Part shown: positions 1-13,859 of the stretch, in pieces
Position numbering within the stretch: position 1 is the first letter of the stretch
How the letters are laid out: each line of letters starts with the position of its first letter
NCBI RefSeq assembly: GCF_052425735.1
Contig: NC_135766.1
Coordinates: 12,896,001 to 12,960,000 of the forward strand
Source of the DNA: Oculina patagonica
Lineage: Eukaryota
Reading direction: 5' to 3'
DNA: 64,000 nucleotides
Position numbers and translations under genes: made by a program
The notes under the pieces: generated by a model
What the model was told of the DNA's origin: nothing
Database searches by the model: none
What the model saw: only the letters and a program-made list of their open reading frames with translations

Positions 1-697
1 ATACCGTTGTAGCATTTCGGGTAGACTGGTCTTGTCAGGTAGAAACTGTAGTGTAGAAACTTTGTTTTGTTTGATTTGTAAATATGGTATCTTGAGTGTA
101 TTAAATTATTACGGAATTAGAAAATCTGTTTTGTTTTTGTGACTGCATGTAAATTTCTAACTTTAGGAAAAGATAAATATTTTAGAGTGAAATCTACTTA
201 ATTAAACTTTTTAAATCAACTTTTCAATTGTTGAACTTAAACTAGAGTCAGGCTTCTCCAGTTTAAGGATTGTAATAATTTTGCTGTCAATTGCTATGTT
301 TTGTCTCATTTCATTTGGCAAGAACTTTTAATTTTGTTTAGGACTATAAAGATTCATTCTCATTAAAGGTCATTAACTAGCCAAAACAAATCTATAGTAA
401 CTGATTGGAGTTAAGGGGCTGTTAAATTTAAGTATAAAATAAATATCACTTCAATTTTAATACAAAGGTTGACTATAATAATTTAAATTTTGCCTATCAG
501 GGTTTGTTTTGTTTGTTTCTATTTCTAGGATTAGATTTTCAGGCGTGTTAATTAAGACCCTAACACAAAACAATATATTTTGTTCTTAAATGGATAACAC
601 CTTGTTAATGATTTCAGAATGTGTAGTTCTGTAAGTTGATAGTGGCTACTAAAAGAGTTTAGAAACCCTTATGTGAAGATCTGTTAACAGTGCTTGA

Positions 698-2016
698 TTC
701 TGAGATTTAATGTGCAATATTTTCGTGGTTTTCTTAGTTACTAGATTATGCTGAGCACTTTAGGGCTGCTTCATCAGAAACAGGTGCAGTATTTTGGAGC
801 TGTAACTGATTAGCACAGCTGTTAAAACATTGTTGATCACTGAATTTTATCTTAGTTGAAAAAGCACAGACCCTGGTCCCTTAATAGTTAAGTACACCAT
901 AAATTTCAATTATTTTTTAAACGGTATTAATATTTTGTGTCAAGGTGTTCTGATACCTTAGTGAAACAGCCACTGTTGTTTATTCTCTTACCTATACCTT
1001 AGGGCCAGTTTTCTCCACAAACTTTGTTCCCCAGTGACCTCTTAAAACTGGATTCAACTGGTTTTGACTGATACTGACAGAGGCTGCCTAATCGTAGTAG
1101 GTGACTTTATAATTATAGCACACCAGTTAAAAGTTGTAAACTTTTCAGTTGAAGTAAATTTTATTATCCAAAAAAGTATTTATTTTCACTTCATTTTTTC
1201 TTCAGTTGTCCTGCTTGCTATAGAGTTATTGTAACTGCTTTTTCACGCCGAATTTGCACATCGTTTAAAGTCGTTTATTTCTAGTTCGATATCTTCAGGG
1301 ATGGAAATTTTCGTGATTTCTAGCGGACGAGCAGCGGCTGAAAGCCTGGCAATTTTTTCTGAGATTTAATGTGCAATATTTTCGTGGTTTTCTTAGTTAC
1401 TAGATTATGCTGAGCACTTTAGGGCTGCTTCATCAGAAACAGGTGCAGTATTTTGGAGCTGTAACTGATTAGCACAGCTGTTAAAACATTGTTGATCACT
1501 GAATTTTATCTTAGTTGAAAAAGCACAGACCCTGGTCCCTTAATAGTTAAGTACACCATAAATTTCAGTTATTTTTTAAACGGTATTAATATTTTGTGTC
1601 AAGGTGTTCTGATACCTTAGTGAAACAGCCACTGTTGTTTATTCTCTTACCTATACCTTAGGGCCAGTTTTCTCCACAAACCTTTTTCCCAGTGACCTCT
1701 CAAAACTGGATTCAACTGGTTTTGACTGATACTGACAGAGGCTGCCTAATCGTAGTAGGTGACTTTATAATTATAGCACACCAGTTAAAAGTTGTAAACT
1801 TTTCAGTTGAAGTAAATTTTATTATCCAAAAAAGTATTTATTTTCACTTCATTTTTTCTTCAGTTGTCCTGCTTGCTATAGAGTTATTGTAACTGCTTTT
1901 TCACGCCGAATTTGCACATCGTTTAAAGTCGTTTATTTCTAGTTCGATATCTTCAGGGATGGAAATTTTCGTGATTTCTAGCGGACGAGCAGCGGCTGAA
2001 AGCCTGGCAATTTTTT
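698..2016. repeat. Tandem duplication, 2 x ~659 bp
   Basis: TTCTGAGATTTAATGTGCAAT... starts at 698 and again at 1357. The copies differ at only a few positions. Confidence 0.95.
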
Positions 2017-3708
2017 AGTCGAGGCACTAGCCAACCTATTTTGTCCACTTCTGTCGTCCTCAAATCGGAGGAATCCCCTTCAGGTGTACACATACCTTAC
2101 AGATCGGATGGCGAATTTTACATAATTTGTTAAAAGCCCAAACCACCAAAAAAAAAAACAGTGCCGCCAAAATTCAGCTGACCGGCAATCGACGACGCGT
2201 TTACTTACCAGCTTTTTCGCTGTGAGTGTTTCAACGTTTTAGAATGCCATTCGTTAAATGAAGTTCAATATCAGTGAGTTTAGTTCCAGAAAGGCAGGGA
2301 AAAGGTTTGTGTTGGGCTTTAATTTTATTGACGTCGGAGAAATAGACGGCTTTCGAGTCCTCTAGAGTCGAGAAAAACAATGATAGTTCGACATATATAC
2401 TTCATTTAGTCGAAAGTGAAGTGTCACTTCATGTTTGAAGCGATGACGTAGGAAAAATCAGTTTTGCCCGCCGCTCGTATTGCGGGCTCAATCTCCGTAT
2501 GGCAGGAAAAAAATTAAAAAAGTTCTGGTGATCATGACTTTCCGGTGGCAAAAATAAACAAAATTATTAGCAAGAAATAAATTGAATTTTTAATTAACGC
2601 CCCCTCCCCACCCCCTCGTATAAACGCCGCCCTCGAATAAACTACGCACTCGAATCGCGAAAAAAAATTTATAAACGCCACGGCGTTTAATCGAATAAAT
2701 ACGGCAACCCTAAAAAATTATAAACCTTCTACTTAGATATGGGGTTGACTTTTATTTTATCTTTGTCCATGACAGATTACAGAAAGAACTGTAGGAGAAT
2801 TTCAATTTCGCGTCTTTCACTTTCACAATGTTGGAGAGTGTTAGAGCTGGAAATCGAGCAACCTCGTTCCCCAGCCTCACTTTCATGCGGTTGGACCACT
2901 TTTGAAATTTCGAGAAGTGGTTGTCTTGTTTCCATTTGCTTTTCCAGCCATGGGGACGAGTGAACTGGCTTGGAAATCGAGAATAAGGAAACTTCGGATT
3001 GATCAGGCCTGCGTTTTAGTACAGGCTGGTGTCCTCTCACAGTGCTTCTCTACACTTATTTATATTCGACCTAAAACTTTGGGTCAAATTTACCCCAATA
3101 ACTTTAATTTAGGTTCTTACAACTCGTCATGGTTGCCCATTGATTAGAACAACAAATATATCACGTATTTGACAGCCATGCATTTTGCACTCTTATCATA
3201 AGAACGTATGGTCGTGTTAGAGTCTGACGAGATATCTTCAATTTACACTGTACTGTATACTGAAGTGCTGAATAATCAGTAAACTATCAATTATTAACTT
3301 GGCAAATTAAAACCCCGCTAACTCGAACTGTTTCCCTTCAGAAATTGAGTTACCGGGGTTCTACTTTATTTCAAAAGCTCATATCGCAATCCGTTTCAAT
3401 CCTAATTCGTCACTTTTGGCCATCCGTACCTTCTTTTTTATTTGGCGTGTTATTAAAATGTTCCTTCACTGTTTTAAGAGGTTATATTTATATTTCACTA
3501 AATTTGATGGTCATTTTCCCATGCCTAAACTTAGTGTCCTTATGCTGTGACCTGCTCCAAAATGTGCCCGTTTCACTAATATTGTTTTGTCCAGTTTATA
3601 TTATCCAAATTTTTTTAATGCACTAGTTTAACTTACATGTATAGTAACCGATGTCAGTATTTTAAGTGCATGAGACAGTCCACTTCTGAACCACCTTCTT
3701 TTGACCTA

Positions 3709-6700
3709 CAATCATTGACAAAAGTGTTGACACATTGTCAATTTACGCCCTTTTGGACCAATTTCATCCTTTTGCCCCACCTTTCCAGCCCCCTCCCCCC
3801 AATCAACATTGATTGGGGGGAGGGGGGCTGGAAAGGTGGGGCAAAAGGATGAAATTGGTCCATATAACAATAAAAAAGGGCGTAAATTGACAATGTGTCA
3901 ACACTTTTGTCAATGATTGTCTGAGGTGCAAAACGGAATATATCTTAAGAACAGCGCGTAATGATTAATCGGTTATGACATAAATTTATTTCTACCATCT
4001 GTTGTTTTCAATTGTCCAATCGGCATTGATGCTGTATTAATTGGTTTCTAATTAGAGGCCATTAACGAATATGACGATAACGCAATCAAAGGGTCAAAAA
4101 TGGAATAAATTGAGGCAAAATGTTTACCGCTGCTGTAATTGATGAAGAAACTCCTGCATTTATCTGCTTATTTCTGACGTGAAAATGGTTGGAAAAGAAG
4201 GAAATTATGTTGAACTAATGACACGTTTCCTAGCCTTTGGCATATAGCATAGAGGTGTCTGAAGACATTTAACTGCGAGGAGGTCACGCACGCAAATCAT
4301 CGTTCGAGACGACCAAAGAAATATACAGCCCGTGTTTACTGCCCATTTCATTTCCAAATGCCAGTTTATGGAATAATGAAAGAAATTTCACCGTTAGGCG
4401 AATAACTGTTATGTCAAAGTAACAATGCGCTTATGCAATGTGATATACCTTGTGACATATCCAACGCAGTTGGATGAAGCGTGACAAGTGCGCGTGACAG
4501 CTCCAATTGTTGTTACGTCATGTTTTATTGACGCTTGTTTTAAGCATTTCTTTAAACATGAAAAGCTAACTTAAGATACGAAAGTCTTCATTGTCTCTTT
4601 TTTTACTATAAACAGCCTTCAGCAAGCCCAAAAGGTGTCTACCTTTACGGTTAACCACGGTTAACCACGGTTAACCACGGTTAACCACGGTTAACCATCA
4701 GTAAACAAAGAACATTCCTAATCCTTTCTAGACTGATGGTTAACCGTGGTTAACCGTGGTTAATCGTTCAAATTTACACATTTTCGCGAATTGTGTGGCC
4801 AAGAAACATTCTAGCGAGATAATTTTGACAAAAAGTCATTTACCTCTGGTTTTCTTAAGGAATTTCAGCGACAAATGGGAGTATTTCCTAGCCTCATGAT
4901 ATCGTAGATCTTGTTAAACATTAATCTCAACCGCCCGGGAATTTGGTTTCACGCTAGAGAGAACGTGTATTGCTGCTTTTTCTTAAAATGAGCCGACTGC
5001 TTTGTAACAATGAAACGAACATAGTTAACTGGAATATCACTGCGGAGGCCCCGCTTAACACTTTTAAACAAGAAAATAAATAATACGATCCTAGATAGTC
5101 ACGCGCTAAGAACCATGCACGGGATCTGAACCCGTTTTGTCTTTATTTTCTCAACTGAAGACATTATTTTTAACTTCAAATAATCAAACCTACTCTAACG
5201 CCACACATTTAGCGTGCTTTCTAGAAATAATCCTGTTAGAGCTAAGATAGGTAACGGGTATGCTTTCTTTTCACTCAAATAGACCTCAGACAATCTTTGA
5301 CAAAAGTAGTTGACACATTGACTTCGCTCTGCGGTTTTTATGACAAATTTACCACTAGTTTATAAATTTCATGACTTTCTGCTAAAATACCCCCCTACCC
5401 CCATCCAATGTTGTAAAATGGTAGCAAAGGACTCTTAGAAAGAAACTACAACATTGATTGGGGGAAAAGCTAACTTAAGATACGAAAGTCTTCATTGTCT
5501 CTTTTTTTACTATAAACAGCCTTCAGCAAGCCCAAAAGGTGTCTACCTTTACGGTTAACCACGGTTAACCACGGTTAACCACGGTTAACCACGGTTAACC
5601 ATCAGTAAACAAAGAACATTCCTAATCCTTTCTAGACTGATGGTTAACCGTGGTTAACCGTGGTTAATCGTTCAAATTTACACATTTTCGCGAATTGTGT
5701 GGCCAAGAAACATTCTAGCGAGATAATTTTGACAAAAAGTCATTTACCTCTGGTTTTCTTAAGGAATTTCAGCGACAAATGGGAGTATTTCCTAGCCTCA
5801 TGATATCGTAGATCTTGTTAAACATTAATCTCAACCGCCCGGGAATTTGGTTTCGCGCTAGAGAGAACGTGTATTGCTGCTTTTTCTTAAAATGAGCCGA
5901 CTGCTTTGTAACAATGAAACGAACATAGTTAACTGGAATATCACTGCGGAGGCCCCGCTTAACACTTTTAAACAAGAAAATAAATAATACGATCCTAGAT
6001 AGTCACGCGCTAAGAACCATGCACGGGATCTGAACCCGTTTTGTCTTTATTTCTTTCTAAGAGTCCTTTGCTACCATTTAGCAAAGGACTCTTAGAAAGA
6101 AACTACAACATTGATTGGGGGAAAAGCTAACTTAAGATACGAAAGTCTTCATTGTCTCTTTTTTTACTATAAACAGCCTTCAGCAAGCCCAAAAGGTGTC
6201 TACCTTTACGGTTAACCACGGTTAACCACGGTTAACCACGGTTAACCACGGTTAACCATCAGTAAACAAAGAACATTCCTAATCCTTTCTAGACTGATGG
6301 TTAACCGTGGTTAACCGTGGTTAATCGTTCAAATTTACACATTTTCGCGAATTGTGTGGCCAAGAAACATTCTAGCGAGATAATTTTGACAAAAAGTCAT
6401 TTACCTCTGGTTTTCTTAAGGAATTTCAGCGACAAATGGGAGTATTTCCTAGCCTCATGATATCGTAGATCTTGTTAAACATTAATCTCAACCGCCCGGG
6501 AATTTGGTTTCGCGCTAGAGAGAACGTGTATTGCTGCTTTTTCTTAAAATGAGCCGACTGCTTTGTAACAATGAAACGAACATAGTTAACTGGAATATCA
6601 CTGCGGAGGCCCCGCTTAACACTTTTAAACAAGAAAATAAATAATACGATCCTAGATAGTCACGCGCTAAGAACCATGCACGGGATCTGAACCCGTTTTG

Positions 6701-8506
6701 TCTTTATTTCTTTCTAAGAGTCCTTTGCTACCATTTTACAACATTGGATGGGGGTAGGGGGGTATTTTAGCAGAAAGTCATGAAATTTATAAACTAGTGG
6801 TAAATTTGTCATAAAAACCGCAGAGCGAAGTCAATGTGTCAACTACTTTTGTCAAAGATTGTCTGAGGTCTATTTGAGTGAAAAAAAAGCATACCCGTTA
6901 CCTATCTTACCTCTAACAGGATTATTTCTAGAAAGCACGCTAAATGTGTGGCGTTAGAGTAGGTTTGATTATTTGAAGTTAAAAATAATGTCTTCAGTTG
7001 AGAAAATAAAGACAAAACGGGTTCAGATCCCGTGCATGGTTCTTAGCGCGTGACTATCTAGGATCGTATTATTTATTTTCTTGTTTAAAAGTGTTAAGCG
7101 GGGCCTCCGCAGTGATATTCCAGTTAACTATGTTCGTTTCATTGTTACAAAGCAGTCGGCTCATTTTAAGAAAAAGCAGCAATACACGTTCTCTCTAGCG
7201 CGAAACCAAATTCCCGGGCGGTTGAGATTAATGTTTAACAAGATCTACGATATCATGAGGCTAGGAAATACTCCCATTTGTCGCTGAAATTCCTTAAGAA
7301 AACCAGAGGTAAATGACTTTTTGTCAAAATTATCTCGCTAGAATGTTTCTTGGCCACACAATTCGCGAAAATGTGTAAATTTGAACGATTAACCACGGTT
7401 AACCACGGTTAACCATCAGTCTAGAAAGGATTAGGAATGTTCTTTGTTTACTGATGGTTAACCGTGGTTAACCGTGGTTAACCGTGGTTAACCGTGGTTA
7501 ACCGTAAAGGTAGACACCTTTTGGGCTTGCTGAAGGCTGTTTATAGTAAAAAAAGAGACAATGAAGACTTTCGTATCTTAAGTTAGCTTTTCATGTTTAA
7601 AGAAATGCTTAAAACAAGCGTCAATAAAACATGACGTAACAACAATTGGAGCTGTCACGCGCACTTGTCACGCTTCATCCAACTGCGTTGGATATGTCAC
7701 AAGGTATATCACATTGCATAAGCGCATTGTTACTTTGACATAACAGTTATTCGCCTAACGGTGAAATTTCTTTCATTATTCCATAAACTGGCATTTGGAA
7801 ATGAAATGGGCAGTAAACACGGGCTGTATATTTCTTTGGTCGTCTCGAACGATGATTTGCGTGCGTGACCTCCTCGCAGTTAAATGTCTTCAGACACCTC
7901 TATGCTATATGCCAAAGGCTAGGAAACGTGTCATTAGTTCAACATAATTTCCTTCTTTTCCAACCATTTTCACGTCAGAAATAAGCAGATAAATGCAGGA
8001 GTTTCTTCATCAATTACAGCAGCGGTAAACATTTTGCCTCAATTTATTCCATTTTTGACCCTTTGATTGCGTTATCGTCATATTCGTTAATGGCCTCTAA
8101 TTAGAAACCAATTAATACAGCATCAATGCCGATTGGACAATTGAAAACAACAGATGGTAGAAATAAATTTATGTCATAACCGATTAATCATTACGCGCTG
8201 TTCTTAAGATATATTCCGTTTTGCACCTCAGACAATCATTGACAAAAGTGTTGACACATTGTCAATTTACGCCCTTTTTTATTGTTATATGGACCAATTT
8301 CATCCTTTTGCCCCACCTTTCCAGCCCCCCTCCCCCCAATCAATGTTGTAGTTTCTTTCTAAGAGTCCTTTGCTACCATTTTACAACATTGGATGGGGGT
8401 AGGGGGGTATTTTAGCAGAAAGTCATGAAATTTATAAACTAGTGGTAAATTTGTCATAAAAACCGCAGAGCGAAGTCAATGTGTCAACTACTTTTGTCAA
8501 AGATTG
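3709..8506. mobile_element. Rearranged non-coding foldback element bounded by a 274-bp TIR-bearing module, flanked by TA
   Basis: Ends are TA|CAATCATTGACAAAAGTGTTGACAC and GTGTCAACTACTTTTGTCAAAGATTG|TA. The complete module is at 8233-8506 and partial copies are at 3709-3920, 5291-5465 and 6708-6861. 3808-5444 is a near-perfect inverted copy of 6708-8344. The spacer holds two 657-bp direct repeats. Confidence 0.75.
4647..4766. repeat. Palindromic 10-bp minisatellite hairpin, (ACGGTTAACC)5 - spacer - inverted units; repeated at ~5551, ~6208 and inverted at ~7385-7505
   Basis: Read directly from the sequence. Four copies lie inside the foldback element. Confidence 0.9.
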
Positions 8507-10781
8507 TAGTTTTCAATTTTAGTCACATCTTGGCCATATTAATCAATGGTTCATGCCAAATGTTTCCAGTTATTTTAGCTTTATGGCTAATCAGACTACT
8601 TTTTGCTTTTCAGGATTTATGTAAAAAGGTCACGGAGGCAAGATGCAGGTGTTTCTTTACACTACAAGCAGCCTTTAGCATAATCCAGCACAGCATGAAC
8701 GGGTGAACCTTAAGTGGAGTCGAGTAAAATCAGAAGAACTGTATGTTGTACCTTTGAAATCCATAGCTCACAGAAGGGGTGTAGTAAGTGAGTAAATAAG
8801 AATCCTTGCGTGAAGTCGAGCAACTTAGCACCAGAGTTCTCTATAGCCCTTCGCTGCCATTTTCAAATTTGTAAAAGGTTCGTGTTAACCTTAATTTGCC
8901 TCGAATTTGATGAAATTAACATAGCTGAGAAATATTTATTAATTTGATTGTTCATCAACTTTTTCAAATAAGTGATGTAAACATTTATATTGTATCTTAA
9001 GTGGTCAATAAAAATATGAAAATAAGTATATCTTATTTGTACTAACCATGTTGTATGTTCTGGGTATTATGATTTGGTCGCACACTGCTGGCTGAGAAAC
9101 AGCAATGATTTTAAGGCCACTATTACCCAAGAAATTTGACTGGTTTTCAATCAATGTTCAACTAGTTCTGAAGAACCGTTTGTAAATTATAATAAGTATT
9201 AGCAGTATTTATTATTAAAATTAATTAATAAATTAATTATTATTAATTTTTTATTTTTTTACATTCCTGGCTGGGAAACATAATTTCTATCCAGCTGGCT
9301 GGGAACTTCCTTATGTGCCTCACGCTGGGAAAAAGGAACAGATAAATTTTTTTCCAGCAACAATGAAAAACACCTGGAAATGCTTTTATATCATTTATTT
9401 TCCTTCATTTGGGTGATTTTACCATAAATTGTTCGTTGGGTGCCCCTGCGCAGTCCCTTTAAACGACAAGTTATTTTCCATCAGATTCCCATATAAATAC
9501 TTCACTAATTAAGTTGCGACATCATTATTTTGTATGCCTTTTCGAAATCAAGGAGGATAAAATGTGTTTGGATTTAACCTTTTATTTATTTTTCGCCTCA
9601 ATCCAGGAACTCTATTCCTCGACGTTTATTTAACATGTCATATGTGTGTTTCCCAGAAATGCTACTGACATGCATTCAATTATTGATTAAATTATTAATA
9701 ACTTTCGATGTTAAGGACGATTCCCTGCTAAGAGCCTGTCTAAGTTTTATTCAGGATGCCTAAAGGTGTCACGCATCAGTTTGTTTCATTCTTTGTCCTC
9801 CGTTTCTTAGAATGTACGCCGACGCATTATCTCCCCTCCCAGATATTTCGTTCAAGTTTGTCATCCAGTTTTATCGTCCATCGTAAGCACTGTTTTCACC
9901 TGGAGCGCAGATTAAGGTACTATATTAAGCTTAATTTATGTTTTGTAAAGATAAATTAGCAAAAAACGTTGACTTTCTTGTGGCATGTTTAAGAATTTCG
10001 ACTGAGTTAATCGACTGATCATAAAAATATATTTTGTTTACACGAGTCTGTTTTCGCAACTGGCGTTCTGATTGATCAGTGTTCCTACATTCTTGCTGTA
10101 TGTTAGTAATTATTTCTCAGTAGATAACGTTTTAGGACTACTTTGATCATGTTTGGCGAAAATAACTTGACTAACTTGAAAAAGACTATAATTATAAAGC
10201 TTACAATTAACAAACGCTGAGTGATATGCGAGTTCAGGAATGTTTTTCAATGTCCATATTTAATAACATTCCCGCATTCGTTAGCCGACTTTTGGTAGCT
10301 GAGTTGTAGGAAAGCTGAATACAGACTCATAAAGTTGGCAGACGGGAATTAGAACAAAGTTGATTTGAACAAGATAAAAGGAAAGCTATTTATCTCTTTT
10401 ATCGAACGGACAGCAAGTTTTCGCTTACCGAAGCACTTAACAAGCTAGAAGTGACTGTCAAGTATTCAAAGTGTTGATTTGAGTCCAGATTGCATAGATT
10501 AAACTAAAGAACATTATCTTCGCCACAAGTTGGTAGTAACTCATCCATGTTTTATTTTTGTGGCATTTCTGGATAATGCACATCAATTTGTGGACTAGTT
10601 TATAAGCGAAAATTACATGTAATAAAAGATGCGTACCGTTATTCAAGCGTGGAAAGGAAAATATTCCGCTAATGAGTAATAACTGTCTATACATTCTTTG
10701 GAAAATTTTTATTTTTTTTTATTTTTCGAATACTCCAGGACTAAGTAACAAAGGAAAAATCAGAGACTTCAACTGAAATTA

Positions 10782-11122
10782 CCGTATTTGTTCGACTTAT
10801 AAACACCTCTCTCGAATAAACGCCGGCACATTAGAGCAAAAATATTAATAAACGCCTGATGCGGCGTTTATTTCAATAATAAAGTCAAAAAGCAAATGCA
10901 GTAATTATCAAGTTTGAGCAAGCCTTTAAGTTATTTTCCTTAAGATATTGACAATGCTGTTTTTAAAATTCAAATGTTCAGTTACCATACTATTGTCAGC
11001 AAGAAATAAATTAAATTTTAATAAACGTCGCCCTCGTATAAACGCCGCCCTCGAATAAACGCAGCCCTCGAATAAAAGCGGCACTCGAATAAACGCCATG
11101 GCGTTTAATCGAATAAATACGG
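10782..11122. mobile_element. Tc1/mariner (pogo-like) MITE
   Basis: TA|CCGTATTTGTTCGA...TCGAATAAATACGG|TA with internal AATAAACGCCGCCCTCG repeats. A related right end lies at ~2570-2704. Confidence 0.75.
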
Positions 11123-12317
11123 TACCCGTATAAGTATTGTATTGTATTGGAGTAACCCCCGGGGGGGTATTCTACGACTAACGGTAAAGGGGATTAACCG
11201 TTATTGGGGTGCAAAAATATCAGTTTTCAGTGCTTGTTATGTATTAAAGAAATCCAAGAGTGCCCATCTCCCTTACCTGCAAGCAAACCCCTAGATATTT
11301 GACTTTTTTGAATCAATGATATGATTGGTCAAATTTTCCACCGTGTAGATGCACTATAAAAGGGATAGCTCCTCCTCCTCTTTGTCACAAATTCCCTGTT
11401 TCAATGAAAACTGAGGTGAACACTTCAACAGAGAACTGAAAAGGTAGAACTAATAATGATTTATTATATTTTTCCAGTTATTTTGCCCATGAATAATTTT
11501 TATGGATATCAATTAAACTTTGCAGACAATCCTTTAGCTTGAGTCCACGGCGACTAATCTTTCTTTAATAGTCATATGGTTGGTCAAATGTCAGGTGAAG
11601 TTTTGCATCAAATTCCCCACTATATGGAGATAGTTATAGACATAACTTCAAGTCAAATGCCTGTTGTTGCTGTTGTTGTTTTTTGTTGGGGATGGAGGGG
11701 GGTGCTCTTGGATTTGACATATATATATTATTTTAAATAATCAGTATTTATAGAATTTTAAATTTATATTCTTTAATCACACAGATCCCTGAGACTGGGA
11801 ATTTCAAGTCAGAATGTGATATTTTGGACATTTCTTCTAATTGCTGGTAAGTTTGTAAACAGTGCAACAATTTCAACCAGGACCATTAATATTGCTTGAA
11901 ATACAAAATAAAACAATCTGAGTTTAATTTGATGATGAGACGGTCAATCAATAGAACTATTACTGACCAAAGTGAAGTTGCTCAAGCTCTGAATTTTATT
12001 GGCATTAAACTAATGTAAAAATATTTTAGAGCCAGCAAAGAGTCAAGAGCATTATCTGAGCCTCAACAAAAGGTCATTTTTGCCAGCTGTAATAACTATG
12101 CAGCCATGAATGGATTGAACACACCGATTTGTTCGACACGAACTCACATTACGTGATCAATGTCACGCAACAGATCTAAATCACAACATTCCTCCCCTCT
12201 AGGATTACAAACTATTTGTCCTAAAACTTGCAATCACTGGAACAACAAAAAACAGAAACTTATGTGTTCTCTAATAACAAACAGTCCCTGTGATAATGTC
12301 ACGATTAACACAGGTAG

Positions 12318-13859
12318 TAGACTGCAAAACAGTCGTTTTTTCTCTTAAGTCTCTTCGAAAAAGCGCGAATTTAAGGCGCGAAGCGCCGAATGTTGAGGCG
12401 CGAAGCGCCGATCGTTTTGCGAGGCGAGAAAAAATTTAGTCAGTAATTTTCAACTGTAACCTTGTGTAAGCACAATAATGTTCAAACAATACATGTACGT
12501 TTTGCACACATAACTGTTTGCATTTAATTTCTACGAATGCTGGAAAACCAGCAACACAGGTGAATTAAAAGAAGGCATATAATTTATTAACAATAGAAAG
12601 CAAAACTTACCACTGCAGAAAGATCTCAAGACTGAAAGGTTTCCGTACTGCTCTCTAAATGGCTTTTGTGATTTCTTCTTCCTTTTTGAATCAGTTCCCC
12701 TAGAAAAACATTCAATCAAATATTCTTTTGGTTAAAAATTATGTGTATGTATGTATTATAATTTGTTACATTTCAAGTCGTATCAAAGTTACAATAATCT
12801 TCAAGTTGAACCTTGCAACAAATTTGACCTGATTCAACACTAGACGATAAAACAGCAGCATACAACAAGTCCACAAACTGACAAAGATTTGTCAATATAG
12901 CATGATTGAACTTCGATTGAACATGATTAAACTTCGATTTTAAAATGCCTTCAAGAAAATATAAAGATAAGCTTTCACAAAGCTTAAAAGTTATATAAGC
13001 TCAAGGTTAATTACGGCGCAACTTTGCCACAATTTGGCAAGCACATAAGCTATTAAAACATTTCGATCAAATAAAAAACCTACCACGTTAAAACAGTGTG
13101 TGATTCATCAACAACAATAAGGGACAAGGAGCGACGAAAAGGACAGTCTTCCTTCAACAATGATGTGAACTTCTCGTTCAAGACTTGTTCGGCGGCTGCA
13201 TAAACGACCTGAGTTTCGCCATTCTTTACGGCATTTAACGTCTCCACATCGAAACGCAGTTCAGCAGCAGTAAGATTGAACTCGTTTGATTTTATCTGCT
13301 CTTCCACAATACTCTTCAAAGGAGAAATTACTATGATAGTCGGCCGTTCGATCGAAGGAAGTGCTCCATTCAGCGAACTTGAAGCTCTGCTCTTGGCCAA
13401 AACAAACAGTTGGAATATTAAACTTTTCCCGAAACCCGTCGGTAGCACTGCAAAAACATCCTTTCCCACCAGAAGTGATTCAACAGCTGCCTTTTGCTCT
13501 GCTTTCAAAACGAAACCCAAATCTTTCGCAATCGCATCCAAATCAACATCTTCCATCTCGTTCCCGCGAAGAGCATGTCTTACTGTTAAATTGATGCGGT
13601 ATCGAATATCTTTGATGAGGTGCGAAGAAAATTTTGTTGACAGGTAATGTCATAATTGACCAATGGGAATTTTCCGTTTCTGGGAGAACGGGAAATTCGA
13701 AACGAAATCAACGTATGTAAAGCCGACAGTCGTAACTTTTAGCGTCTCTCCCCAGTCTCACTCAGAGTTTTGACATCGGCTCCAGACCTCTCGCTGCCGT
13801 TCGAACAACCGAGCGCGTTGACCGAGCGTTCGCAAAAGATACGACTGTTTTGCAGTCTA
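12318..13859 (-). mobile_element. AcademH-like non-autonomous DNA transposon nested in the retroelement
   Basis: TIR TAGACTGCAAAACAGTCGT...ACGACTGTTTTGCAGTCTA with a flanking duplication CAGGTAG (12311-12317, 13860-13866). It carries a RecQ-type helicase fragment. Confidence 0.75.
13083..13556 (-). pseudogene. RecQ-like SF2 helicase, N-terminal part (transposon-borne, truncated)
   Basis: LKAEQKAAV, VLPTGFGKSLIFQ (motif I), ISPLKSI (Ia) and LIVVDESH (II). The ORF ends at a probable GTAGG splice donor, and motifs III-VI were not found. Confidence 0.85.

Noticed and set aside
3716-3740. RAG RSS-like heptamer/nonamer (ACAAAAGT...CACATTG) in the module TIR
   Set aside because: Order, spacing and sequence do not match an RSS, and the ends are not Transib-like CAC termini with a 5-bp TSD.
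5769-7287. Three identical 68-aa ORFs
   Set aside because: They start at TTG, have no recognisable domain, and are identical only because the DNA is duplicated.
4647-7505. CRISPR-like appearance of the GGTTAACCAC arrays, also the 20330 and 46652 arrays
   Set aside because: No unique spacers, no cas genes, and the context is eukaryotic.
13080-13556. Host RecQ/WRN/BLM gene
   Set aside because: It lies inside a TIR/TSD-bounded element and lacks the C-terminal helicase motifs.
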